Notes under the pieces: model-generated
The model's input: only the letters and a program-made list of their open reading frames with translations
What the model was told of the DNA's origin: nothing
The model's database searches: none
Made by a program: the position numbers and the translations under genes
From: Planctomycetota bacterium
GTDB taxonomy: Bacteria > Planctomycetota > PLA2 > JAEUHO01
Assembly (NCBI GenBank): GCA_965222115.1
Contig: CBDCTJ010000007.1
Coordinates: forward strand, 1,548,082-1,612,081
DNA: 64,000 bases
Direction of reading: 5' to 3'
Shown: one piece after another, positions 9,532 through 18,530 of the stretch
Layout of the letters: every line of letters begins with the position of its first letter
Position numbering within the stretch: the stretch's first letter is position 1

Positions 9532-10838
9532 TCGGCTATCTCTTGCAGCGACTCGCGGGCGGCACTCACGATTTGATCGATGTCGGTTTCGGTGTGGGCC
9601 GAGGAAACGAAGAATGCCTCGTAGCTACTTGGCGGAAGCCATACGCCACGCGCCAACATGGCGTGGAAGAATGCTGCGTAGCGCTTGTGATCACACGCGG
9701 TGGCATCGACATAGTCGCGCACCGGTTTCTTGGAGAACGACAGGCCGAGCATGCCGCCAAGCGCATGGGTATGGAGTGGAATCTGTAAGTCTGCGCCGGC
9801 ATTCGCAATGCCATCGGCGAGACGTTGCGAAGTGGCGTGCAACTCGTCATAGAAGCGCGGGGCTTGACACAGTTTGAGCGTGGCAAGGCCACTCGCCATG
9901 CCAAGTGGATTGCCGCTCAACGTTCCCGCTTGATACATAGGCCCGAGCGGGCTCACGAGTTCCATGATCTCGCGCCGTGCGCCATACGCTGCAACGGGCA
10001 TGCCGCCGCCCATGACTTTACCTAAGCACGTAATGTCGGGCTTGATGTTGGCGTGTACTTGGTAGCCGCCCCACGCGACGCGAAAGCCCGTCATCACCTC
10101 GTCGAACACAAGCATGGCGCCGTACTTGGTGCAGAGTTCGCGAAGTCCTTCCAGGTAGCCGACCACGGGCGCCACAAAGCCCATGTTGCCCGCTACGGGC
10201 TCAACCATAATGCCCGCGATGTCGTCACCCTGTTCACGGAACAGTGCCTCCACCGCTTCGAGATCATTGAACGGCACAAGTAGCGTCCCCGATGCAACCG
10301 GCGCCGGAACGCCCGCGGAGTTTGGCACGCCTGTCGTTGCTGCACCCGATCCCGCCGCCACGAGCAAACCATCGGCATGACCGTGGTAACAACCGATCAT
10401 CTTGACGATTTTGGTGCGCGCGGTGGCCGCTCGCGCAAGTCGCATAGCACTCATGGTTGCCTCGGTGCCGCTGTTTACGAACCGGAGCATGTCCATACTA
10501 GGCAGTGCATCGAGGATCAACTCTGCGAGTTCGGTCTCAAGTGCGCAGCATGCGCCAAAGCTCAGGCCGTTCGCAGCCGCTTCCTGTACGGCATCGACGA
10601 CTGCGGGATGGGCATGGCCCACGATGGCGGGTCCCCAACTCCCAACCAGATCGAGGTAGCGATTGCCATCCACATCGATGATCGTGGCGCCGCTTGCGGA
10701 CTTTACGAAGGCTGGCGTACCTCCCACGGAGCCGAAGGCGCGCACGGGACTGTTGACGCCACCAACCAGCACCCGCTGCGCGCGCTCAAACATGATGGTG
10801 GATCGGGATCGTGGTGTGGAACTGTCAGACGCTTGCAT
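9528..10838 (-). CDS. hemL: glutamate-1-semialdehyde 2,1-aminomutase (HemL)
   Basis: FERAQRVLVGGVNSPVRAF N-terminus and a PLP aminotransferase class-III core (VFDEVMTGFRV). Confidence 0.9.
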   Translation of the reverse strand: MQASDSSTPRSRSTIMFERAQRVLVGGVNSPVRAFGSVGGTPAFVKSASGATIIDVDGNRYLDLVGSWGPAIVGHAHPAVVDAVQEAAANGLSFGACCALETELAELILDALPSMDMLRFVNSGTEATMSAMRLARAATARTKIVKMIGCYHGHADGLLVAAGSGAATTGVPNSAGVPAPVASGTLLVPFNDLEAVEALFREQGDDIAGIMVEPVAGNMGFVAPVVGYLEGLRELCTKYGAMLVFDEVMTGFRVAWGGYQVHANIKPDITCLGKVMGGGMPVAAYGARREIMELVSPLGPMYQAGTLSGNPLGMASGLATLKLCQAPRFYDELHATSQRLADGIANAGADLQIPLHTHALGGMLGLSFSKKPVRDYVDATACDHKRYAAFFHAMLARGVWLPPSSYEAFFVSSAHTETDIDQIVSAARESLQEIAE

Positions 10839-10859
10839 GGCAGTAAGGTACCCGCATGC

Positions 10860-11237
10860 TCAATCGTCGTCTTCATTCTGGTAAGCCGCCAATCCTCGAA
10901 CGGCGCAGGCAGTCATCCAGCTGACGACGATGGCGGCGGTAGCCATGAGCGCGTAAAATATCCACTCAATGGCGATGAGCGAATGAGACGTATCGCGATC
11001 CAGTAATGAACATACAACGGGCAATGCGATGTGGCCAAGGGCATACCAGAAACCGAAGCTGTGGATTCGACGGGTGAAGAAAACGAACATGGCGGCCACT
11101 GCGACCGAGACGCCGAGTACGACACCGAAACCGTACTCCATCATCAAACTAGGGACACGAAAGAAGTCCCATTCTCGTGGCCCAATGGCGAGCCACGCAA
11201 ACCCCATCGGTAGCATGTAGGCAGCAATCGAACTCAT
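10860..11237 (-). CDS. hypothetical small membrane protein
   Basis: 125-aa ORF with 3-4 predicted transmembrane helices. It is co-directional with hemL and immediately upstream of it. Confidence 0.4.
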   Translation of the reverse strand: MSSIAAYMLPMGFAWLAIGPREWDFFRVPSLMMEYGFGVVLGVSVAVAAMFVFFTRRIHSFGFWYALGHIALPVVCSLLDRDTSHSLIAIEWIFYALMATAAIVVSWMTACAVRGLAAYQNEDDD

Positions 11238-11382
11238 GAGTCCGAGAAGTGCGTCGGTGGCGGCATTGCGCGGTGCCGATGATGGGTGGTGAGTGATCTC
11301 TGGCTCCCATAAATTCCTTGAGTGATTTCTGGCGCACGGGCGAACGAACTACGCGCAATTATCAACTAGGACGATCACGCGC

Positions 11383-12786
11383 CTATCGGCCGAGCATTTG
11401 CCAAACGGGCCCGCCAACGACGACTTCCTTGAATCCATGAATGCCCTTGTGCCTTTTCGCTTCGAGGTCACTCTCGGGAATATGGAGCGTAACGCCAATG
11501 GCCTTATTCGGCATAAGCGTCTTTAGGTGTTGCTCATTGACGCGTCGAGCAAGAAACACTTTTGAAAACGGCGCTCGGTTCATCGTAGGAATTGGCTGAG
11601 ATGAGCCGGCGAGAAACACGGTTGCGTGGCTCTTGACGGTGATATCGCCCTCGACATCGCCATATAGAATGACAACCCCTTGCGAGCCGATCGTGACGGT
11701 GCCGTAGATATTGCCCTCCACGACGAGTGTCGAGTGATGATTAATGTGTGCCGCTCCCAACAAATCCCCTGTGATGTACAATGTGCTGTGATTCCCCAGC
11801 TTGATCGTTGTTTCTTGTTCAACATCGGCGAGTACGGTGATGCCACTGTGCGAGTTGGCTTCCGTCGAAAATCGAGGCGGCTTGCGAAAAGCAATCGACT
11901 TCTGCGATGTGAGACGGATGGGCACAGGTAGCTCGTCTGCCAACAACGCAGTTCGATTCATCGTAGTTGCTGCAAGAGTCGAAAATGCGCTCAATAGTTT
12001 CGATTTCGTCAAGGTGGTCACATCCCTGAAATGCCCACCTACTTCAGTCGCCGGAGATATGTATTCCAACTTGGGAAAAATCGGCGTTGGAACAGCAGCC
12101 CCTTGCTTCGTCTCCATGGCCTCGACGTGTATCGTGCGATCGATGACTACAGGATGGGATGAAACGGCAATCGCTCGCAATCGGTAGACGCGCCCCGATG
12201 TAGACTGTGCGAAACCGACTCCCGTGCCGTAATGATTGGACTTAAGATAGATGCGCACCTGTTGCTCGCGCAGATTCTGGGGGGCATCGCTTAGCTGATC
12301 GATGATGGGCGACACGTCCATGATCTGGATTTGTGGCGCAATCGAGGGCAGCCTTTGATTCGCGCCGCCGTGGTGCGTTCCAAGCATGCCACCATGTCCG
12401 CTCCAAATCTCGTTCACTACGACGTCGGCCATGTCCTGTTGATCACGCGTAACCACACGCATCCGATCGAGGTCGATGCCCTGACCCGCCCTGAGAATGA
12501 ACTCGCCCGGAGGGAGATCTGCAGGCTGTGGGGCGATGTGATTGCTGCCTTGGTCTGGGGGGCGCTTCGAGGAGGCATTCGGTGCAGTCGTACCGCTCTT
12601 AAGGGCTTTCTGCTCGATGGCCGGGCCATGCAGTTGCGGTTGTTCTTCGATTGCGGGTTCCGAAGTCGAGGCCTTAGCTTTGGGAACGGATTGATCATGT
12701 GTATGGGCAGGAGAATCGTCGAGCAGCGCGGTGACACCCCATGCCGCCAGCACGCCGAAGAGGACGCCTAATAGAAATCTGCCCAT
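11383..12786 (-). CDS. hypothetical secreted protein with a C-terminal beta-helix-like (bactofilin-like) repeat region
   Basis: The start was re-assigned to an internal Met followed by a signal peptide or TM segment (MGRFLLGVLFGVLAAWGVTALL). The C-terminus is a run of short G/V/I-rich beta-strand repeats (TLVVEGNIYGTVTIGSQGVVILYGDVEGDITVKSHATVFLAG). Confidence 0.45.
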   Translation of the reverse strand: MGRFLLGVLFGVLAAWGVTALLDDSPAHTHDQSVPKAKASTSEPAIEEQPQLHGPAIEQKALKSGTTAPNASSKRPPDQGSNHIAPQPADLPPGEFILRAGQGIDLDRMRVVTRDQQDMADVVVNEIWSGHGGMLGTHHGGANQRLPSIAPQIQIMDVSPIIDQLSDAPQNLREQQVRIYLKSNHYGTGVGFAQSTSGRVYRLRAIAVSSHPVVIDRTIHVEAMETKQGAAVPTPIFPKLEYISPATEVGGHFRDVTTLTKSKLLSAFSTLAATTMNRTALLADELPVPIRLTSQKSIAFRKPPRFSTEANSHSGITVLADVEQETTIKLGNHSTLYITGDLLGAAHINHHSTLVVEGNIYGTVTIGSQGVVILYGDVEGDITVKSHATVFLAGSSQPIPTMNRAPFSKVFLARRVNEQHLKTLMPNKAIGVTLHIPESDLEAKRHKGIHGFKEVVVGGPVWQMLGR

Positions 12787-12841
12787 CGCACTACTATAGA
12801 CGACGGCTGTGCGCGCGCCATTCCGGCCGTAAATTGAGGGC

Positions 12842-13534
12842 ATGTGCGGACGATTCACCAAACACCTGACCCATGAGGAGCGCGCGCTTCTTGATGACCT
12901 CGATTGGAGCGAGATCAAACTCGTCTTCAAGGGCTTTGACGCCTTCGTAAAAAAGAATCCTCGCTACAACATCGCGCCCATGCAGCAAGCCTCGATGTTG
13001 CGCTTGCGTAACGGAGCGCCCGAGATTGTTTCCGCACGTTGGAGCCTCTTGCCGTCGTGGGCGAAGGAACCGAAACTCAAGTTCTCGACGTTCAACGCGC
13101 GATCAGAGACGGCTGCGGAGAAGCCTGTCTTTCGTTCGGCCTTCAAGCGCCGTCGCTGCGTGATTCCTATCGACGGGTTCTACGAATGGACGGGGCCCAA
13201 GGGTGATCGCACGCCGCATCACATCTTTCGAACGGATGGCGACGAGTTGTACATGGCAGGGCTCTGGGAGCTGTGGGAACACGACGATCATGAGCCGATC
13301 CTCTCGTTCACCGTACTCACCTGTCCCGCCAATACGTTCATGGCCAACCTGCATAAGCGTATGCCCGTTATCCTTGAGCCCCACGAGATTCAGTCGTGGC
13401 TCGACCCGGACAACACAAACAAGGAGGCGCTCAAAGCGTTTCTGGATCCGTGCCCCGAAAGAACACTCAGTGCCCACATGGTCTCGCGCTATGTGAGCAA
13501 CTCCCGCAATGAAGGCTCAAAGTGTTTGGAGTAG
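12842..13534 (+). CDS. yedK: SOS-response-associated peptidase (SRAP; YedK/HMCES family, abasic-site DNA-protein crosslink)
   Basis: Begins MCGRF, the family hallmark with the catalytic Cys at position 2. Conserved SRAP core (RYNIAPMQQ, CVIPIDGFYEW, MAGLWE). Confidence 0.85.
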   Translation: MCGRFTKHLTHEERALLDDLDWSEIKLVFKGFDAFVKKNPRYNIAPMQQASMLRLRNGAPEIVSARWSLLPSWAKEPKLKFSTFNARSETAAEKPVFRSAFKRRRCVIPIDGFYEWTGPKGDRTPHHIFRTDGDELYMAGLWELWEHDDHEPILSFTVLTCPANTFMANLHKRMPVILEPHEIQSWLDPDNTNKEALKAFLDPCPERTLSAHMVSRYVSNSRNEGSKCLE

Positions 13535-14016
13535 AACGCGTGGCTCCGAATGCGTGGAACCGCGTGCGCGCGGTTCGACTTCGCGCCCTCGCCGATTCTC
13601 CGAAGGCATTCGGCACATTGCTTTCGGAAGATGAAGCACGTCCACTGCCGGAGTGGCGAGCGCGGCTTGAGAATCCGAATGGCGCAACGTTCTTGGCGCA
13701 CACGGAAGAAGACGACATTGGCATTGTGACGATCATCGTCCATCCCGAGGACCACGAGTGCGGCCTGTTGTGTTCCATGTGGGTGGCGCCGGCAGTGCGC
13801 CGGTCGGGGCTCGGTGCGGCTTTGATTGACGCTGCGGTGGATTGGGCTCGCGGCAAGAGACTCGCGCGCGTTGTTCTAGGCGTTGGGGACTACAACCGAC
13901 CAGCCATTGCGCTCTACGAAAAAATGGGCTTTGTGCCCAACGGCGTCCTCAGTACGCTTCCATCGCCCCGCGAGCACATCACGGAGCATGAGCGTGAGTT
14001 GCGGCTGAAGGACTGA
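13522..14016 (+). CDS. GNAT family N-acetyltransferase
   Basis: Acetyl-CoA binding motif A pattern (VAPAVRRSGLGAALIDAAVDWAR) and a 164-aa GNAT fold. Its start overlaps the SRAP stop by 13 bp. Confidence 0.7.
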   Translation: MFGVERVAPNAWNRVRAVRLRALADSPKAFGTLLSEDEARPLPEWRARLENPNGATFLAHTEEDDIGIVTIIVHPEDHECGLLCSMWVAPAVRRSGLGAALIDAAVDWARGKRLARVVLGVGDYNRPAIALYEKMGFVPNGVLSTLPSPREHITEHERELRLKD

Positions 14017-14458
14017 GGCATTGGCGCGCATCCAAGAGTCCGCGTCTGCGTGCCTCTCGATAGATCGAGTGTGCAAGACTGTTAGACATGAGCGCTTTGT
14101 GGATTAGATGCGCCGCAAGCTTGGAGTATTCTCGACGTAAAATGGGATGCCCGGAACTGGCAAATTTGTAGTTATTCGATTGCTATCGCCGTTGGCGCTC
14201 AATGACACTGTCAACGATCCCGGAGGGATCACGGGTCAATAGCCCAGGGTGTAGCGCAAGCGTAGCGGCGCGGAACCCTGGGTTCACGTTCCCTCCCAAT
14301 CATCCCGCCCTGTATGGGCGGCGGAGACGTGCACGCATTCCCGGTACCTCACGTAGAACCAAAATCGTACGGCGCGAGCATTGTTGACTGTTCGTTCCAC
14401 GCATCTTGGCACGGGACATAGGTCACGAAGTTGGTGGGAACAAGCGCGGCACGGTATC

Positions 14459-14707
14459 ATGGGGACAGAGATGATGAGTGACGCCTGCCCCAATCTGAAA
14501 TACAAGCATGTCTATGTAGTAGTCCGAGTAGACATGGAGATGCTCCTTGTTGCAGAGGGCGATCTAGAGCGACAGCGTATTGAAGATTCCGTCGTAGTAA
14601 CTCGAGTATTCGAAGACTGGAACCTTGCGGTTGCGGAGGCCGATCGATTGAACGAACTCAATGGTGCCAAGGGCTGTGTGTACTTTGCGCGGGTCGGGCG
14701 CCTATGA
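14459..14707 (+). CDS. hypothetical small protein
   Basis: Small ORF (MGTEMMSDACPNLKYKHVYVVVRVD...) with no recognisable family. It is immediately followed by a copy of the GAGATACGGAGT...CAAATTCACAC repeat. Coding status uncertain. Confidence 0.25.
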   Translation: MGTEMMSDACPNLKYKHVYVVVRVDMEMLLVAEGDLERQRIEDSVVVTRVFEDWNLAVAEADRLNELNGAKGCVYFARVGRL

Positions 14708-14709
14708 GA

Positions 14710-15064
14710 GATACGGAGTCAAGATGCGGAGTCGGGACCAAATTCACACCTTTCTTGTCTTTCAAACGGGCCATGTACGAATCGTTAACAACACGTAAGC
14801 AGTAGGTGGATTGTTCAGTCGAAAAGGTGGCGCTGGAGGGGCATCGTACATGAGAGATCGCGTGACGCTGCGTAGACTTGTCTAAATGAGTTGCCAACAT
14901 GCCTCGTAACGGCGGCTTCGAGCCGACTGCGTCAGACCGCGCGCTCGCTCGATGGGCGTCGGCAAAGTGCTTGGCTTAAAGTCGGACGCGAGGGCATCAG
15001 CGCACGAATCTGAGCACAACAAGTTGCAGCACCAAATAGTGTGAATTTGGTCCTGGCACCGTAT
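14710..15064. mobile_element. MITE-like element with terminal inverted repeats
   Basis: A perfect 15-bp inverted repeat, GGACCAAATTCACAC (about 14735-14749) and GTGTGAATTTGGTCC (about 15038-15052). It extends imperfectly to GATACGG...GGACCAAATTCACAC on both sides. The arms flank about 290 bp of AT-richer non-coding DNA. A third, solo copy of the arm lies at about 25523-25553. Confidence 0.4.
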
Positions 15065-15126
15065 CCTCACTGAACTAGCGGTGAGGTTGGTCGTGAAAGC
15101 CCCAGCCGGGTGCGTCTATGAAGACA

Positions 15127-16305
15127 CTACCGGTCAAGCGCATCCGTCTGTTCTCGAATCAAGCGACGAATAGCCTGCTGATCTTGGTAGTTCTGTAGTG
15201 CAGCGCCCGGGGCGGTGAATGCCGGGAAAATCGGCGTGATAAGGGATGGCGAGCCCGAGAAACCGTGATCCGCGCCGAGAGATACTCCCCCGAGCTTTAG
15301 TTCCGCAGTTTTGTTCATTGCAGTCATGCTGAACTGTTCGCGAGACACGAGCTTCTCGAACGCGGCCGGATACAGCACTGTGAGTCTGTCGACCTTGGCG
15401 TTGATCGCTAGACCTTCTGTTTTGGCGACTGGGATCGTCAGCGGAAGATCGCCGACAACGATGTGCATGTGCCCATCCTGGTTCGGAATGCCCGCGTTGT
15501 TGGGCGTCACGAATGTAACTGTTCCGTGATAATGATGTCCGTTGTGTGGTTGCTCGCCTAAGGGAAATGAGACACTGGCGACGCGGACCATGAGTTTGGG
15601 CTTTGGCTTCGGAGACTCCCGATATCCAACGGTTTGGAGAGCGAGTTTGCGGAACGCGGCTAAGACCGTCGCATTGCCAGCTGGCACGTAGAACCACCAC
15701 GCGCCGTAGCGCTTGCATACGATTGCAGCTCCTGGACCCGGATGCACGCTGGAACGAACCACTGAATTCGGGACCTTTAGGTAATCCAGATATGCTTTGT
15801 AAACGTCCTTCGCATAGGGGGTGTCATTGACGACTGGGTCCGCAAGGATTTTCAGCTTGCTCGAAGTTTCGCCTGCGAGGCCAGCGGATGGATTGAATTT
15901 TTCAACTAGCGTGCGGCCTGCTTGGTAAGCAGTTGCAGTCGTCAACGAGTTCTCTGTCACTGTTGAGTCGTCGGCGGTTCCATCTTTATCAGTCATCACC
16001 GTCTTGCTTACGCCGGTTTGTGTCGTGGAGGGGCCTGGCCCGGATGTCCGCTCCCGCGCCCACGTGCTTCCTGCAGTTCCGCCTACGGTGTCTGTTGTGT
16101 CTGCGGAGACTTCCGTGTAGTCCACATGCACGATCGGGAGCCCGTTGTAGAGCCGAACCACGTTGTCGAACACTTGATGGGAATGCAGTTGCGTTATGGT
16201 GTTCCTGGCACCTGCATGGTCGTAGTGAACTCGCTTGACGGTTTGGCAAGCAAACAAGAAAGGCAACATGAAGCAAGCAGTTACGGGAAGAAGTCCTCGT
16301 CTCAT
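15127..16305 (-). CDS. hypothetical lipoprotein
   Basis: The start was re-assigned to MRRGLLPVTACFMLPFLFAC (signal peptide with a lipobox-like LFAC). The rest has no recognisable family. Confidence 0.45.
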   Translation of the reverse strand: MRRGLLPVTACFMLPFLFACQTVKRVHYDHAGARNTITQLHSHQVFDNVVRLYNGLPIVHVDYTEVSADTTDTVGGTAGSTWARERTSGPGPSTTQTGVSKTVMTDKDGTADDSTVTENSLTTATAYQAGRTLVEKFNPSAGLAGETSSKLKILADPVVNDTPYAKDVYKAYLDYLKVPNSVVRSSVHPGPGAAIVCKRYGAWWFYVPAGNATVLAAFRKLALQTVGYRESPKPKPKLMVRVASVSFPLGEQPHNGHHYHGTVTFVTPNNAGIPNQDGHMHIVVGDLPLTIPVAKTEGLAINAKVDRLTVLYPAAFEKLVSREQFSMTAMNKTAELKLGGVSLGADHGFSGSPSLITPIFPAFTAPGAALQNYQDQQAIRRLIREQTDALDR

Positions 16306-16949
16306 CTCCGTCCTCCTCAAGACACGCGAGAGGCTATGGGCCTCAGGTGCGCGGTCAAGTAATTGCACAGGTGGTAGAGATTTGGTACGGGTCTCGATCG
16401 CCTTTGAGACTCAAGAGGAAGGCGAGTAAATGCCTAAGCAGCCGGCGTCGAGGCGTAAGTCGCGTGGAGTTGACGTTGTTGTCGGGCACTGTGAACACCT
16501 TGACCAATTCACCGAGTAGCTCCTCGGGCGCAATTGTTTCGTCGCCGAGCCATTCACTCTCCGTGCGTACCGCGTCGCAGATGAAGAAGCCTGCCATGGC
16601 GTGTCCTCAAGACGACAGCCCATAGCTTCCCCCGCCAACACACGCCCCGGGACAGAACTAGGCGTCGTCGAAGGCAGCTCCTCAGCTGAAGATAGAAGAG
16701 TCATCGAGCCGGATAGTTGAGCGATTCCGAGAATTGTTGGCGGACGTCGCGCATGAATTACGAGATACTTAAAGGCATTTTTGATTTTCGAACACATTGT
16801 TGCAATAAGCGTCCGTGATTACCGACAGAATAACCAAGATAAGAGAGAGCAAGGGTTCGCCTTCAATGCATTGAATTCGGCTAGTAGGCGCCTTGTTCAA
16901 GGAGCTATTGGCGACTCGCCAATCTCCGCTTGATTTGATTGGCTGTGTC

Positions 16950-16984
16950 ACGCATGCGTATCTCCCACGTCACGATGTACGTGG
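16950..16984. promoter_or_regulatory. cluster of perfect palindromes in the AT-rich intergenic region upstream of the HEAT-RHS operon
   Basis: ACGCATGCGT, a 10-bp palindrome at about 16950-16959. CCACGT-N8-ACGTGG at about 16965-16984. TGTGCACA at about 16993-17000. All lie in a roughly 900-bp low-GC non-coding region. Confidence 0.2.
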
Positions 16985-17277
16985 CAAGAGTTGTGCACAT
17001 CAAGATCGACTTTCGCAGGGAAACGCGGATAGCGTGCGGGTGCGCGGCCTACGGAGAGCTACGAAGAAGATCTCGAATCGCGTAAGAGCAACAATCTTTG
17101 CATAACTTTCGCCGTGGAATTTCGCGCCACTCGAAACTCTCATCCTTACCGTCGATCTTGCGCAATCGAGAAGCACGCGCAAAGCGCCGTGTTCCTCCGG
17201 TAGCGCGAAACGCACACATGCGGGGGGTGCATCCACGCCGATTGTGGACCGGATGGCTTCCTCGGATTGGGGGCAAC

Positions 17278-18501
17278 ATGGCCAGAATAGGGAACAGCGA
17301 GCCAAAACGGGGCCGCGAAGTCGGCGATAGCTCGCGGATTCGCTTAGATCGTGCGCAGAAGGTGAGACGCGCCGCACCTGTCGTCGGTGTGATGATCGTC
17401 GCATTCCTAGCTGCTGTGATCACGGCAGCACCATCGAAATTTGAGAAGGACGTCTCGTTGCTGGCGAGCATCGATCCCGCCAAGCGACAAGCAGCAAGCG
17501 ATCGACTCGGCAAGGGTGACGCATCTCAAGTTACGAAGCTCTTAAACGAGCTGGATAAGAACCACTCTTCTGTTACTCGCGCCGGATTGGTTCGATCTGT
17601 ATCGAAGCTGCCGGTCGATGGTTCGCACGCGCGTCTAATCTCCGATTTGTTTGAACACGAAGATCCAAGCGCGCGAGCAAGCGCCGCCGAAGTGTTGCAG
17701 AGATCAACGGCTGCTCGTGACAAGGTGCTGGAGAAGCTCTTGGGCGTAGCCACGAATTCGGAAGAACTGACTGGAGTAAGAACGACGGCGATTCGCGCAC
17801 TTCGCGGCGCAGGCGGCAAAGCTGCGACAACTTTGGAGTCGTTGGCCGCTAGTGAATCATCCACATTGCGAAAGGCGGCGATCTCTTCTCTTGGTTTCGT
17901 TCCGACCACCGGACCATCCAAGTTGGCAGGTATTGCGACTGACGAAGGGCGTGAGCGCAAGGACAGAGAGCTTGCGATGCGTTCCCTCGGACTCGTTTCG
18001 GGATCGAATGCTTCATCGGCGTCTAGTCAGCTCAAGACCCTGGTGAAGAATTCGTCCGGATTTGTTCGTGAACACGCAACCGTTGCGTTGTCTGCCAGGG
18101 CGGAAAGTGGGAATACTACGACGTTTGCCACTCTTATGAAGGACAAGGATGCACGTGTTCGCTTAGAGGCACTTCGCGCGATTATCGATGCCAAGGCCGT
18201 CTCAGCTCAGAAGGGGACGATCAAGACGCTCTTGTCAGACTCAGATGTCCGCGTGCAAGTGCTTGCGTGTCGGTGTGCGGCATCGAGCAAGCCCTGGCCG
18301 CTGGTCGAAGTTCGCAGCACATTGATCTCGCTTCTCTCTTCATCGACGTTTCAAGTTCGCCACAAGGCTGCCATGGCGCTCGCCGCCTATGGTGACAAGG
18401 GTGGTCTCTCCCAAATGAATACAGACAAGTCCTCCAAGAACAAGATCGTCGCGGCTGAGGCCAAGGCGGCATACGACATCATCAATCAGCTTGGCAAGTA
18501 G
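17278..18501 (+). CDS. HEAT-repeat (PBS-lyase-like) protein with N-terminal TM/signal segment
   Basis: The start was re-assigned to MARIGNS... A hydrophobic segment (VVGVMIVAFLAAVITAA) is followed by repeated HEAT-like units (SVTRAGLVRSV, DPSARASAAEVL, FVREHATVALSA, DARVRLEALRAI, DSDVRVQVLACR, TFQVRHKAAMALA). It ends 30 bp before the RHS gene. Confidence 0.55.
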   Translation: MARIGNSEPKRGREVGDSSRIRLDRAQKVRRAAPVVGVMIVAFLAAVITAAPSKFEKDVSLLASIDPAKRQAASDRLGKGDASQVTKLLNELDKNHSSVTRAGLVRSVSKLPVDGSHARLISDLFEHEDPSARASAAEVLQRSTAARDKVLEKLLGVATNSEELTGVRTTAIRALRGAGGKAATTLESLAASESSTLRKAAISSLGFVPTTGPSKLAGIATDEGRERKDRELAMRSLGLVSGSNASSASSQLKTLVKNSSGFVREHATVALSARAESGNTTTFATLMKDKDARVRLEALRAIIDAKAVSAQKGTIKTLLSDSDVRVQVLACRCAASSKPWPLVEVRSTLISLLSSSTFQVRHKAAMALAAYGDKGGLSQMNTDKSSKNKIVAAEAKAAYDIINQLGK

Positions 18502-18530
18502 CATCGGAATCGGCAACGGGGAGTATTGAT

